The position numbers were made by a program, and so were the translations under genes. The notes beneath the pieces were generated by a model. It did no database searches, had not been told where the DNA came from, and saw only the letters and a list, made by a program, of their open reading frames with translations. Shown here in pieces: positions 35,005-42,936 of a DNA stretch of 64,000 nucleotides (its first letter is position 1; every line of letters begins with the position of its first letter). The stretch lies in assembly GCA_964482955.1 (NCBI GenBank), contig CAYZZW010000001.1, positions 95,780 to 159,779 of the forward strand, read 5' to 3'. This DNA is from an uncultured Treponemataceae bacterium (GTDB lineage: Bacteria; Spirochaetota; Spirochaetia; Treponematales; UBA12059).

Positions 35005-35586
35005 TTACCAGTTTTCGGCCAGTACTTCGTAGTACGCTTGGGGATGCGCGCAGGCCGGGCACGCCTTGGGCGGTTCGGTTCCTTCGGTCACGTAGCCGCA
35101 GTTCATGCAGCGCCAGACGGTTTTCTCGTCGCGCTTGAAGACCGTGCCGTCCTCCACCCGCTTGAGGAGCTTTTCGTAGCGGCGCGCGTGCTGCTTTTCG
35201 GCCACGGCGATGGATTCGAACACGATCGCGATCTCGTTGAAGCCTTCTTCCCGCGCGACCTTCGCGAAGGACGGGTACATCTCCTTCCACTCGTGGTTTT
35301 CGCCTTCGGCCGCCGCCTTGAGGTTTTCGGCCGTGGTCCCGATGGTGCCGAAGGGGAAGGATCCGGCGATCCCGACCTCGCCGCCGTCCATGAAGGAGAA
35401 CAGGCGCTTGGCGTGTTCCTTTTCCTGCTCCGCGGTCTCGAGGAAAATCTGCGAGATCTGCCAGTACCCGTCGTTCCGGGCCTTGCCCGACCAGAACGTG
35501 TACTTGTTGCGCGCCTGCGACTCGCCGGCGAACGCCGCCATGAGATTCACGGCGGTTCTCGTGCCTTTCAGACTTTTCATGGCCAC
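35005..35586 (-). CDS. rbr: rubrerythrin
   Basis: A 193-aa ORF. It has ferritin-like ExxH motifs ([15 protein letters not shown]) and a C-terminal rubredoxin-like CMNCG..CPAC. An SD (GAGGAG) and a TTGCTT-N17-TATACT promoter lie upstream. Confidence 0.9.
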   Translation of the reverse strand: MAMKSLKGTRTAVNLMAAFAGESQARNKYTFWSGKARNDGYWQISQIFLETAEQEKEHAKRLFSFMDGGEVGIAGSFPFGTIGTTAENLKAAAEGENHEWKEMYPSFAKVAREEGFNEIAIVFESIAVAEKQHARRYEKLLKRVEDGTVFKRDEKTVWRCMNCGYVTEGTEPPKACPACAHPQAYYEVLAENW

Positions 35587-35639
35587 TCCTCACGTTTCGA
35601 ATCGGGCACATCGAGCCGGTGCCCGCCGGATCGTCGATA

Positions 35640-35668
35640 AGTATAATAACTGGCCGCTCGGGAAGCAA
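35640..35668 (-). promoter_or_regulatory. promoter TTGCTT-N17-TATACT of the rbr-dfx-rubredoxin operon
   Basis: Read on the minus strand. A ~50-nt leader follows, with a GGGCACCGGCTCGATGTGCCC hairpin and a GAGGAG SD. Confidence 0.55.
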
Positions 35669-35758
35669 AGCGATGCCGGACGTTTCAGCGCGCGTTTGGC
35701 CGCCCGCGCCGGCGCCCGCCCGCTGGCGGCGCGGACGCCCTTCGTGTATCATCCCGCC

Positions 35759-36637
35759 ATGCGCAAGGATCTTGCCCGCGAGGCCGCCGGCCTCATCGCC
35801 ATGGCCGCGTGCGCCTTCCTCTGGAGCACGTCGGGCCTTCTCATCAAGCTGGTCGACTGGAATCCCTTCGCCATCGGCGCCGGGCGCAGCCTCGTCGCCT
35901 TCCTCTTCATCCTCGCGTGGGTCAGGAAGCCCCGCTTCACCTTCTCGTTCGCGCAGGTCGCGGCGGGGGCGGCGAGCGCAGGCATGATGATCCTCTTCGT
36001 CTACGCGAACAAGGCGACGACCTCGGCCAACGCGATCCTGCTCCAGTACGGCGCCCCCGTCTTCACGGCGATCTTCGGCGCCCTCGTCCTCAAGGAAATC
36101 CCCCGCACCGAGCACTGGCTCGCCTTCGCGGCGGTGATCGGGGGCATGATCCTCTTCTTCCTCGGGGACCTCGGCGGCGGCACGGCGGCTGGCAACGCGG
36201 CCGCCATCGTCTCGGGAATCTTCTTCGCGCTGTACATCGTGTTCATGCGGAAGCAGAAGGACGGATCGCCCCTCGAGTCGGCCCTCATCGCGCACGCGTT
36301 GACCGCCCTCGTGTCGTTCGCCTTCTGCCTCTTCCTGCCCGCCCCGAAGCCCACGGCGACGTCGGTCCTCGCGGTGCTGGCCCTCGGCGTCCTCCAGATC
36401 GGACTGGCCACGGTGTTCTTCGCGTTCGGCATCAAGCGCGTCTCGGCGGTGCAGAGCGTCATCGCCTCGGGCATCGAGCCGGTGTTCAATCCGGTGTGGG
36501 TGTTCCTGGCGATCGGGGAAAAACCTGCCGCCAACGCCCTCGCGGGCGGCGCGGTCATCGTGGCCGCGGTGATCGTGTCGTCGATCGTGTCGGTCGGCCG
36601 CGACGCGAAGGCCGCCCGCCTCGAGAGTCGCGCGTAG
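35759..36637 (+). CDS. DMT superfamily (EamA-like) transporter
   Basis: Based on ORF 35210..36637, with the start at ATG 35759 (MRKDLAREAAGLIAMAACAFLWSTSG). It has ten hydrophobic segments in a duplicated EamA pattern. Confidence 0.75.
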   Translation: MRKDLAREAAGLIAMAACAFLWSTSGLLIKLVDWNPFAIGAGRSLVAFLFILAWVRKPRFTFSFAQVAAGAASAGMMILFVYANKATTSANAILLQYGAPVFTAIFGALVLKEIPRTEHWLAFAAVIGGMILFFLGDLGGGTAAGNAAAIVSGIFFALYIVFMRKQKDGSPLESALIAHALTALVSFAFCLFLPAPKPTATSVLAVLALGVLQIGLATVFFAFGIKRVSAVQSVIASGIEPVFNPVWVFLAIGEKPAANALAGGAVIVAAVIVSSIVSVGRDAKAARLESRA

Positions 36638-36711
36638 CGGACGATTCCGCCCGCGGCTTCCGTCGCGGCGAAAGCAGCGGCTTGCCCGTTGAAGGAAGCC
36701 GCGGCCTCCCG

Positions 36712-37932
36712 CTATTCCCCGTTTCCGGCGGCAGCGGCCGCGGCGAGGATCCGCACGGACGCCGCGCGGTCCAGGAGGCTCATGCGGTAGAACGTGGTCC
36801 GGTTGCGGCCGGACGCCTTCGAGACGTAGAGGGCGCGGTCGGCCCGCTCGATGATGCTCGACACCCCCGCGATGGACGATTCGTCGAAGAGGCAGCAGCC
36901 GACGCTCACCGTCACCGAGAGCTTCTCGCCCTTGAACGGCACCGACAGGCGTTCGGCGGCCAGCCGGATGCGTTCGGCGACGTCGATCAGGATGCGCTCG
37001 TCGCAGTCCACGACCAGCACGCAGAACTCCTCGCCGCCGAAGCGCGCCGCCACGTCCTCCGTGCGGATGGCCTGCTTGACCGTGCCGGCGAGGGCGCGGA
37101 GCACTTCGTCGCCGGCCAGGTGTCCCCAGGTGTCGTTGAAGGTCTTGAAGTGGTCGATGTCGATCATCACGAGACCCGCGCGCTCGTCGTGCCGCATGAC
37201 GCGCCCGATCTCCTGCTCGACGCGGCCCGCGAAGAAGTAGTGGTTGTAGAGGCCCGTCTTGCCGTCCGTGATCGAGCTCTCGTGGTGCAGGCTGTTCTGG
37301 ATGCCCACGGAGAGGAAACGGATGAAGCGGTCCGCGTACATGCGCTCCGCGTCGGAGTATTCGTCGCCCACGAGCTTCTTTCCGAGCAGGACGAGCCCGT
37401 ACAGCCCCCCGATCCCGTGCATCGGGAAGACATGGCGGAAATCGAAAGCCCGGAGCTCGTCCCCGAGGAGTTCCGGCCCGAACGCCGTCTCGATCTCCTC
37501 GATGTCCGCGGGCGCCGTCCGGTCCCCGAAAAAAGACTTCAGGGGCTTGAAGCACTTTTCCGGGACGAGGTCGTTGCTTTTTTCCATGTTGCGGTAGCAA
37601 TACTGGTTGATCGACCCGCCCTGCGGGGGCTCGATGAGGAAGGCCAGGTGCATGGGGATGAAGCGCTCGAGGATGCGCGCGATGACGAACTCGAGCATCT
37701 CGGCCACGTTCGCCTTGCCGAACAGGGCCGTGGCGTCGTTGATGAGCGTGTCGAGCTCGCGGTTCTCCTTGCGGAGGCCGGCCAAGTCGTCCAACGCGCC
37801 GGTCTTGTCGAGGTAGTTGAAGCGCTCGAGGAAGGCCGAGTCCACCTTGCCGGAGCGGGGATCGGCGTCTTTGACTTCATCCACGCCCACCAGTATACAC
37901 GACGGCTCGCGGCTTGTCGTCGGGCAATTCAA
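36712..37932 (-). CDS. diguanylate cyclase (GAF-like N-domain + GGDEF with an intact I-site)
   Basis: A 406-aa ORF. The active site is GGEEF, with RTED exactly 5 residues upstream (RxxD I-site). DHFKTFNDTWGH is also present. The exact start is uncertain. Confidence 0.8.
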   Translation of the reverse strand: MNCPTTSREPSCILVGVDEVKDADPRSGKVDSAFLERFNYLDKTGALDDLAGLRKENRELDTLINDATALFGKANVAEMLEFVIARILERFIPMHLAFLIEPPQGGSINQYCYRNMEKSNDLVPEKCFKPLKSFFGDRTAPADIEEIETAFGPELLGDELRAFDFRHVFPMHGIGGLYGLVLLGKKLVGDEYSDAERMYADRFIRFLSVGIQNSLHHESSITDGKTGLYNHYFFAGRVEQEIGRVMRHDERAGLVMIDIDHFKTFNDTWGHLAGDEVLRALAGTVKQAIRTEDVAARFGGEEFCVLVVDCDERILIDVAERIRLAAERLSVPFKGEKLSVTVSVGCCLFDESSIAGVSSIIERADRALYVSKASGRNRTTFYRMSLLDRAASVRILAAAAAAGNGE

Positions 37933-37954
37933 GCGTTTTGGGGATTATCGGGAG

Positions 37955-38127
37955 GGTGCGGCGGACGATGTCGGAACGAATCAACCGAAGCGGTGGTGGT
38001 ATAGCTATCCACGCCGAATAGGCGAGAGTACTCGCAATATTCGGCGTGGATAGCTATACCACCACCCAGCGGTCGAATGCTGTACGTCATTGGGCGCCGG
38101 GTATCCCCGGTAATGCCGCATGACGGC
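37955..38127 (+). repeat. S-element copy C (structured repeat; candidate ncRNA or MITE)
   Basis: 5' GGTGCGGCGGACGATGTC.., a 29/29-bp hairpin at 37992..38066 (GGTGGTGGTATAGCTATCCACGCCGAATA / loop GGCGAGAGTACTCGCAA / perfect complement), and 3' ..GCCGCATGACGGC. Confidence 0.8.
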
Positions 38128-38344
38128 AGTGATGCCGGACGAGAAGCGGGGGCATGTATCCTGGCGGACTTTGGACTAGCTAAGACCCGGCTCATACGAT
38201 TCAAACAAGCTGGCGCCACCTTGACCCGGTAAGGCCGCACGCCTTGCCACGGGCCGATGGCCCGTGGCGGCGACGAGCTTCTTTCGTCGACCCCCTAAAG
38301 CGAAAGAATCGCCACAAGCTTTCGTTTACTAAGTACCGCCCGGA

Positions 38345-38432
38345 AGCTTCCTATCCCTAAATCCTTTCTCCCTCTTCCTTCGTGTTCTTCGTGTTCTTCG
38401 TGTTCTTCGTGTCCTTCGTGGTTGCCTTTCCG
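38345..38432 (+). repeat. H element, copy e (right arm; 9-bp unit CTTCGTGTT x3 plus variants)
   Basis: AGCTTCCTATCCCTAAATCC..CTCTTCCTTCGTGTTCTTCGTGTTCTTCGTGTTCTTCGTGTCCTTCGTGG. Confidence 0.8.
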
Positions 38433-38471
38433 CGGGACGCCCGGGAGCCGAAGACGTGGCGGCCGCGGGGG

Positions 38472-38501
38472 TTGATGCGGGGCGGGTGGGTGGGCGAGAA
38501 T
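38472..38501 (+). promoter_or_regulatory. leaderless-type promoter TTGATG-N18-GAGAAT-N7-ATG (marC-family gene)
   Basis: The -10 box ends 7 nt before ATG 38509 and there is no SD. Confidence 0.4.
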
Positions 38502-38508
38502 TGGGTGC

Positions 38509-39111
38509 ATGGAACAGACGTTCGCGTCGGCGACGATATTGCTCATCCTCATCACCGATCCCCTCGGAAACATCCCGCCGTTCATCTCGGCGCTCGGGCG
38601 CGTCAAACCGGAGCGGCGCGTGATCGTCGTGCTGCGCGAGTGCGCCATCGCGTTCGTCACGCTGACCGTGTTCATGCTCTTCGGGCGGAACATCCTCGAA
38701 ACCCTGCATTTGAGCCAGGACACGCTCAAGGTGGCCGGCGGCGTGATCCTCTTCCTCATCGCGATCAACATGATCTTCCCGGGTTCCGGCGCGAAGATCA
38801 GCGACGAATCGGGCGGCGAGCCGTTCATCGTGCCCATCGCGATCCCGCTCATCTCGGGTCCCTCCGCCATGGTCACGGTCATGCTCATCTCCGCGTCCGC
38901 TCCCGAGCGCATGCTCGAATGGTTCGGCGCGCTCACGATCTCGATCGCGGTGACCACGGTGGTCTTCCTCGCGTCGGGCAAGCTGCGCGACCTCCTCGGG
39001 CATCACGCCATCGCCGCGCTCGAACGCCTCATGGGCCTCGTCCTCACGGCGATCTCGATCGAGATGCTCCTCGGCGGCACCGCCAACTACATCAAGACCC
39101 TGATACGCTGA
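38509..39111 (+). CDS. MarC family membrane protein (UPF0056)
   Basis: A 200-aa ORF. The N-terminus ILLILITDPLGNIPPFIS and the six TM segments are typical of MarC. Confidence 0.8.
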   Translation: MEQTFASATILLILITDPLGNIPPFISALGRVKPERRVIVVLRECAIAFVTLTVFMLFGRNILETLHLSQDTLKVAGGVILFLIAINMIFPGSGAKISDESGGEPFIVPIAIPLISGPSAMVTVMLISASAPERMLEWFGALTISIAVTTVVFLASGKLRDLLGHHAIAALERLMGLVLTAISIEMLLGGTANYIKTLIR

Positions 39112-39115
39112 AGGT

Positions 39116-39225
39116 CCCGCGCCAGGGGGCGAAGCGTAAAGCCCGGAGTCCGCGCGGATACGCGCGGACGAGGACTTGCAGCGCAGCACCCGACCTCCGC
39201 GCGTTCCGCGCGGAGGTGGCGCCCA
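39116..39225 (-). repeat. K-element variant (extension only; the GTCAAAAATC hairpin is replaced by CCTCCGCGCG-ttc-CGCGCGGAGG)
   Basis: CGCGCCAGGGGGCGAAGCGTAAAGCCCGGAG, then TCCGCGCG-gatac-GCGCGGA, then GAGGACTTGCAGCGCAGCACCC. It starts 5 nt after the marC-family stop codon. Confidence 0.65.
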
Positions 39226-39261
39226 TAGAACGCGCTCTTCCCCCAATGGACAACGATCCCG

Positions 39262-40437
39262 TCACAGGTCGGGCGGCGGGCCTTGGCGCGAGCCGCCGGA
39301 GCCGTGGCCCGTTTCGGCGTTTTCGGGAAAACGCAGGACGAAGCTCGTGCCGCCGGGCGACGACACGGAAAACGTGCCGCGGAGGCCTTGCGCCAGCACC
39401 ATGAGGATCTTCATGCCGAGCCCGCTTTCCCCGTCGGGTTTCGCGGCCTCGCCGTCCGCGGTCCCGGACAGGCCGCGTCCGTTGTCGGCAACGCGAAGCA
39501 CGCAATCGCCGTCGGCCCTGCCGAGGGTCACCTTGACGCGAGGATCGTCCACGCCGTCGAAAGCGTGCTTCATCGCGTTGGTCACCGCCTCGTTGATGAA
39601 GAGCCCGATCGAGACCGCGGTGTCGATCGGCATGACGCCGAGCCCCGCTTCGATTTCGGCGGCGATGTGGACGCCCTTGCCGTTGTAGAACGAGGCGATT
39701 TCCTTGACGAGCGCGGGGACGTAGTCCGACGGGTCGACGCCGGGGGAGTGGGCGCTCCGGTAGAGGCGATCGTGGACGAGGGCGATGGCGAAGATCCTGC
39801 GCGTGAGCTCGTTGGCGGCCTCCACGAAGGCGGGATCGTCCGAGCGGTTCCGCTGGAGGCGCACGAGGCTGATGACGACGTTGAGGTTGTTCTTCACGCG
39901 GTGGTGGAGTTCGGCGAGGAGGAGTTCGCGATCGGCGACGGCCTTGCGGAGCGAAAGCTCGGTGACCGCGCGCTTGTCGATCTCCGCGTCGAGGCGCTTG
40001 AAATAGTCTCCGAGGAGTCCGAGCAGCACGCCGAGCGTGACGCCCGAGATTTCGGCGATGAGCTTGCTCGCCGGCGAGAATTCCGGGTGGCCGATCAGGG
40101 AAAAGAGCAACAGGTTGGCGGGCAGGCCCAGGATCCCGGCGACGGTGCCTCCGACGAGCCCGTAGGTGAGGGCGGCGACGGCGAGCGGCAGCATGACCGC
40201 GTAGTTCGACGAGACGGCGAGCGCGGGGCCGAACGCGAGGATGACGGCCGCGTACAGTCCCGCGGCGACGAGGTTGCTCGCCACGCGGTGCCCGAGGACG
40301 GCGAGGCGGAGAACCGACCCCGCGCGCTTTCCGACGAGTTCGCTGAACGCCTCGGTCCGCGTATCCGACGCCATGACGTGTACCTCCGCCCGTGCTCGCG
40401 CGGAACGGCGGGCGAAAAGTCGTCCGGCGCTGTTCAT
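39262..40437 (-). CDS. membrane sensor histidine kinase (HisKA_2 type)
   Basis: A 391-aa ORF; an alternative start is ATG 40374. It has N-terminal TM helices, the H-box LLAELHHRVKNNLNVVISLVRLQ, and a HATPase region (NEAVTNAMKHAF, DNGRGL, GLGMKI). Confidence 0.8.
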   Translation of the reverse strand: MNSAGRLFARRSARARAEVHVMASDTRTEAFSELVGKRAGSVLRLAVLGHRVASNLVAAGLYAAVILAFGPALAVSSNYAVMLPLAVAALTYGLVGGTVAGILGLPANLLLFSLIGHPEFSPASKLIAEISGVTLGVLLGLLGDYFKRLDAEIDKRAVTELSLRKAVADRELLLAELHHRVKNNLNVVISLVRLQRNRSDDPAFVEAANELTRRIFAIALVHDRLYRSAHSPGVDPSDYVPALVKEIASFYNGKGVHIAAEIEAGLGVMPIDTAVSIGLFINEAVTNAMKHAFDGVDDPRVKVTLGRADGDCVLRVADNGRGLSGTADGEAAKPDGESGLGMKILMVLAQGLRGTFSVSSPGGTSFVLRFPENAETGHGSGGSRQGPPPDL

Positions 40438-40541
40438 TCCGCGATGTTGTGCAGTATACTGTATACCGATGGTTCGCGCCGGTCCCGGCGCTGACCCGGT
40501 TCGGGGGTACGAACCGACGCCGTCCGTCGGAGCGGGAGCTG

Positions 40542-40910
40542 ATGTCGCAGAAATCCATCCTGATCGTGGAAGACGAGCCCATCGTCGGGCTCGAAATGGA
40601 AGAGACGCTCGTCCGTCTCGGGTACGCGGTGCCCGAGGTCGTGACGTCGGGCGACAAGGTCCTCGAAGCCGCGCTCCGGCACAAGCCGGACCTCATCGTC
40701 ATGGACATCCACCTGAACAGCTTCATCGACGGCATCGACGCCGCGGTCAGGCTCAAGCTGCTGTGGAAATGCCCGATCGTCTACGTCACCGCGTACCCGA
40801 ACGACCGCATCCGGGAGCGCGCGATGAAAACCTCGCCCGCAGCCTACCTCTTGAAGCCCCTCGACGAAAACGAACTCCGCGCCGCCATCGACGAAAGCCT
40901 GAGCGCCTGA
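40542..40910 (+). CDS. single-domain response regulator (CheY-like receiver)
   Basis: Based on ORF 40392..40910, with the start at ATG 40542 (MSQKSILIVEDEPIVG..DLIVMDIHL..YLLKPL). It is divergent from the HisKA_2 kinase gene. Confidence 0.85.
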   Translation: MSQKSILIVEDEPIVGLEMEETLVRLGYAVPEVVTSGDKVLEAALRHKPDLIVMDIHLNSFIDGIDAAVRLKLLWKCPIVYVTAYPNDRIRERAMKTSPAAYLLKPLDENELRAAIDESLSA

Positions 40911-40919
40911 AGCGCCGCC

Positions 40920-41750
40920 TCAAGCGGGCCGGAAGCGGCCCCGCGCAGCGATCTGTCCCGATCGCCTGAGTTCCGCCACGATCGCGCCGTCCGGAGTCGC
41001 GGCCGAGTACGCTTCGATATCGTCCCCCGACAGGATCTCCGCGCGGAACTCCACCGCCAGCCCGGCGAACATCCGGTCGAGACCGCGATGCGTCCGGGCG
41101 TCGCCTTCGGACCGCAGGTCCGCGGACTGAAAGTCAACGGACCGAAGGTCGACGGACTGAAAGTCAACGGACCGGAGGTCCGAGGCGTCCGACGCCGCGT
41201 CGGCGAGCCAGTCCACGATGTGCGCGTTGTTGACGTGTCCGTTGTGGTCGACATGGCGCGGCCGGGCGCGCAGGGCATAGCGTAACGCCGCCGATTCCGC
41301 GTCCGGCATGGAAAAATCGCGGTCCGCGACCGGACACGGTTCGGGGCACGACAGCCCCGGCGGCAGCACCTTTTCCGGCCGGACGGGACGCCGCGCCGCC
41401 ACATCGACGACGAGGTAGGCGTAGACCGCCCGCGCGAGCACGGAGCCGTCCTCGCGCTTCACGCGGAAACAGCGGAGCGCGAAGAGGCGCTCGAGACCGA
41501 TCGGCCAGGTTTCCACGAGAATCCGCTCGCCCTCGACGGGGCTTTCGTCCACGCGGACGTCCGTCTTCGAGAGCATCCAGGTCATCCCGTTTTCCATCAG
41601 GTGCTCGACGCCGACGCCGAGCGAGGTGGCGTGGTAGCCCGCGGCTTCCTGCAGGTAGTTCGACAGCGCGAAGGGGCGGATCGGTCCGCCGTAGCCGCAG
41701 TCGTAGCCGCGCACGTCGTACGGAACGAGGAGGGGTGTGACGTCGGGCAT
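40920..41750 (-). CDS. acyl-ACP thioesterase family protein with an internal tandem-repeat linker
   Basis: A 276-aa ORF with a double hotdog pattern (MTWMLSKTDVRV..ILVETWP; RPRHVDHNGHVNNAHIVDW). The in-frame repeat is SDLRSVDFQSVDLRSVDFQSADLRS. Confidence 0.65.
   Translation of the reverse strand: MPDVTPLLVPYDVRGYDCGYGGPIRPFALSNYLQEAAGYHATSLGVGVEHLMENGMTWMLSKTDVRVDESPVEGERILVETWPIGLERLFALRCFRVKREDGSVLARAVYAYLVVDVAARRPVRPEKVLPPGLSCPEPCPVADRDFSMPDAESAALRYALRARPRHVDHNGHVNNAHIVDWLADAASDASDLRSVDFQSVDLRSVDFQSADLRSEGDARTHRGLDRMFAGLAVEFRAEILSGDDIEAYSAATPDGAIVAELRRSGQIAARGRFRPA
41090..41185. repeat. in-frame 30-bp tandem repeat inside the acyl-ACP thioesterase CDS
   Basis: GGACTGAAAGTCAACGGACCGAAGGTCGAC occurs about 2.5 times. 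It encodes SVDFQSVDLR-type decapeptides on the minus strand. Confidence 0.75.
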
Positions 41751-41754
41751 GAGG

Positions 41755-42894
41755 TCAGTCCTTGCCGGTAAGGTACGCGTGCGCGTCGCGCAGGCGCTCG
41801 ACGATGGCGATGGTCTGCGGGCACTTCGAGAGGCATTCGCCGCAGGCGACGCAGCGGTCGGCTCCCGCGCCCTTGTCGGCGAACATCGCCTTGTACCATT
41901 TCGAGTTCGATTCGCGCGTGCCGAACATCTCGGAGGCGTTCCAGAGGTTGAAGGCTTCGGGGATGTTGACGCCGTTCGGGCAGGGCATGCAGTATGCGCA
42001 CCCGGTGCACGGTACCTTCACGCGCTCGCGGTAGATCGCGCGCGCGCGGTCGTAGACTTCCTTTTCCTTCGCGCCGATCATGTTCGCGCGCGCCGACGAG
42101 GCCACCGCGGCGTTTTCCATGATCTCGCGCGCGGAGCCCGTGCCCGACAGCGTCACGACGACTTCCTGCGGGTCGAGCGCGAAGCGGAGCGCCCACTCCA
42201 CCGGCATGCGCGGCGTCGGGTACGACGCGAAGGCCTCGCGCACCGGCATGGGCGGACTCACGAGAGCTCCGCCGCGGAGCGGTTCCATCACCACGACGCC
42301 GATCCCCTTCGAGCCCGCGTACTTGACGCCGTCGATGCCGGCCTGGTGCTCAGTGTCCACGTAGTTGTACTGGACCTGGCAGAAATCCCAGCGGTACGCG
42401 TCCACGATCTCCTTGAAGACCTTGTTCGACCAGTGGTAGGAAAAGCCCGCGTGGCCGATGCGGCCGTCTCGTTTTGCCTTCTCGAGAAATTCGAGCGCGC
42501 CGTTCCGCTTGACGTTTTCCCAGCGCCCCGCGTTGAGGGCGTGGAGGAGGTAGAAGTCGATGTGGTCGGTCTTGAGCTTCAAAAGCTGTTCGTCGAGGAA
42601 GCGGTCGAAATCTTCCGGTTTTTCCACGAGCCACACGGGCGACTTGGTCGCCAGGTACACCTTGTCGCGGAGGCCCAGCCGCGACACCGCGTCGCCGACG
42701 TAGGGCTCGCTCGCGCCGCCGTGGTAGGCGTACGCCGTGTCGAAGTAGTTGACGCCGCACTCGACGGCGGTCTTCACCATCTCGTCGGCGGCCGCGACGT
42801 CGATGGCGCCGTCTTTCTGGGGCAGGCGCATAAAACCGAGGCCGAGGGCCGAGACTTCGAGGTCCGGATCCGAGGGGAACGATCTGTACAGCAT
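41755..42894 (-). CDS. aldo/keto reductase with a C-terminal 4Fe-4S ferredoxin domain
   Basis: A 379-aa ORF. The AKR N-terminus has GLGFMRLP and DTAYAYHGG. The C-terminus has CTGCAYCMPCP and CVACGECLSKCP. Confidence 0.8.
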   Translation of the reverse strand: MLYRSFPSDPDLEVSALGLGFMRLPQKDGAIDVAAADEMVKTAVECGVNYFDTAYAYHGGASEPYVGDAVSRLGLRDKVYLATKSPVWLVEKPEDFDRFLDEQLLKLKTDHIDFYLLHALNAGRWENVKRNGALEFLEKAKRDGRIGHAGFSYHWSNKVFKEIVDAYRWDFCQVQYNYVDTEHQAGIDGVKYAGSKGIGVVVMEPLRGGALVSPPMPVREAFASYPTPRMPVEWALRFALDPQEVVVTLSGTGSAREIMENAAVASSARANMIGAKEKEVYDRARAIYRERVKVPCTGCAYCMPCPNGVNIPEAFNLWNASEMFGTRESNSKWYKAMFADKGAGADRCVACGECLSKCPQTIAIVERLRDAHAYLTGKD

Positions 42895-42936
42895 GGCGCC
42901 ATTATACGGCGCGGCCGGCTCTCCGTGAAGTGGGCG

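Noticed and set aside
35631-35650. A PerR/Fur box overlapping the rbr promoter (TTATTATACTTATCG).
   Set aside because: The sequence is AT-rich but not a convincing 7-1-7 inverted repeat. I mention it only as a weak possibility.
34988-38004. The long ORFs 34988..37600 (-) and 35809..38004 (+).
   Set aside because: They overlap rubrerythrin, the EamA transporter and the GGDEF gene out of frame or antisense, and have no motifs.
37955-38127. S-elements as retron msr/msd, a group II intron fragment, an IS200/IS605 end, or a tRNA/tmRNA-like gene.
   Set aside because: No reverse transcriptase, TnpA/TnpB or intron ORF is adjacent to any of the six units. No cloverleaf or intron domain V/VI motif can be drawn. 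The possibility of a partner enzyme encoded elsewhere in the genome remains open.
38295-38981. ORFs containing HEGHEG / HEEHEEHEG / TKDTKDTK / FVSFV peptide runs (for example 38295..38981, 34211..34513, 28618..29133, 59759..60205, 25745..25939).
   Set aside because: These peptide runs are simply the six-frame translation of the CACGAAG/CTTCGTG H repeats. The ORFs overlap real genes or intergenic repeats and lack start signals.
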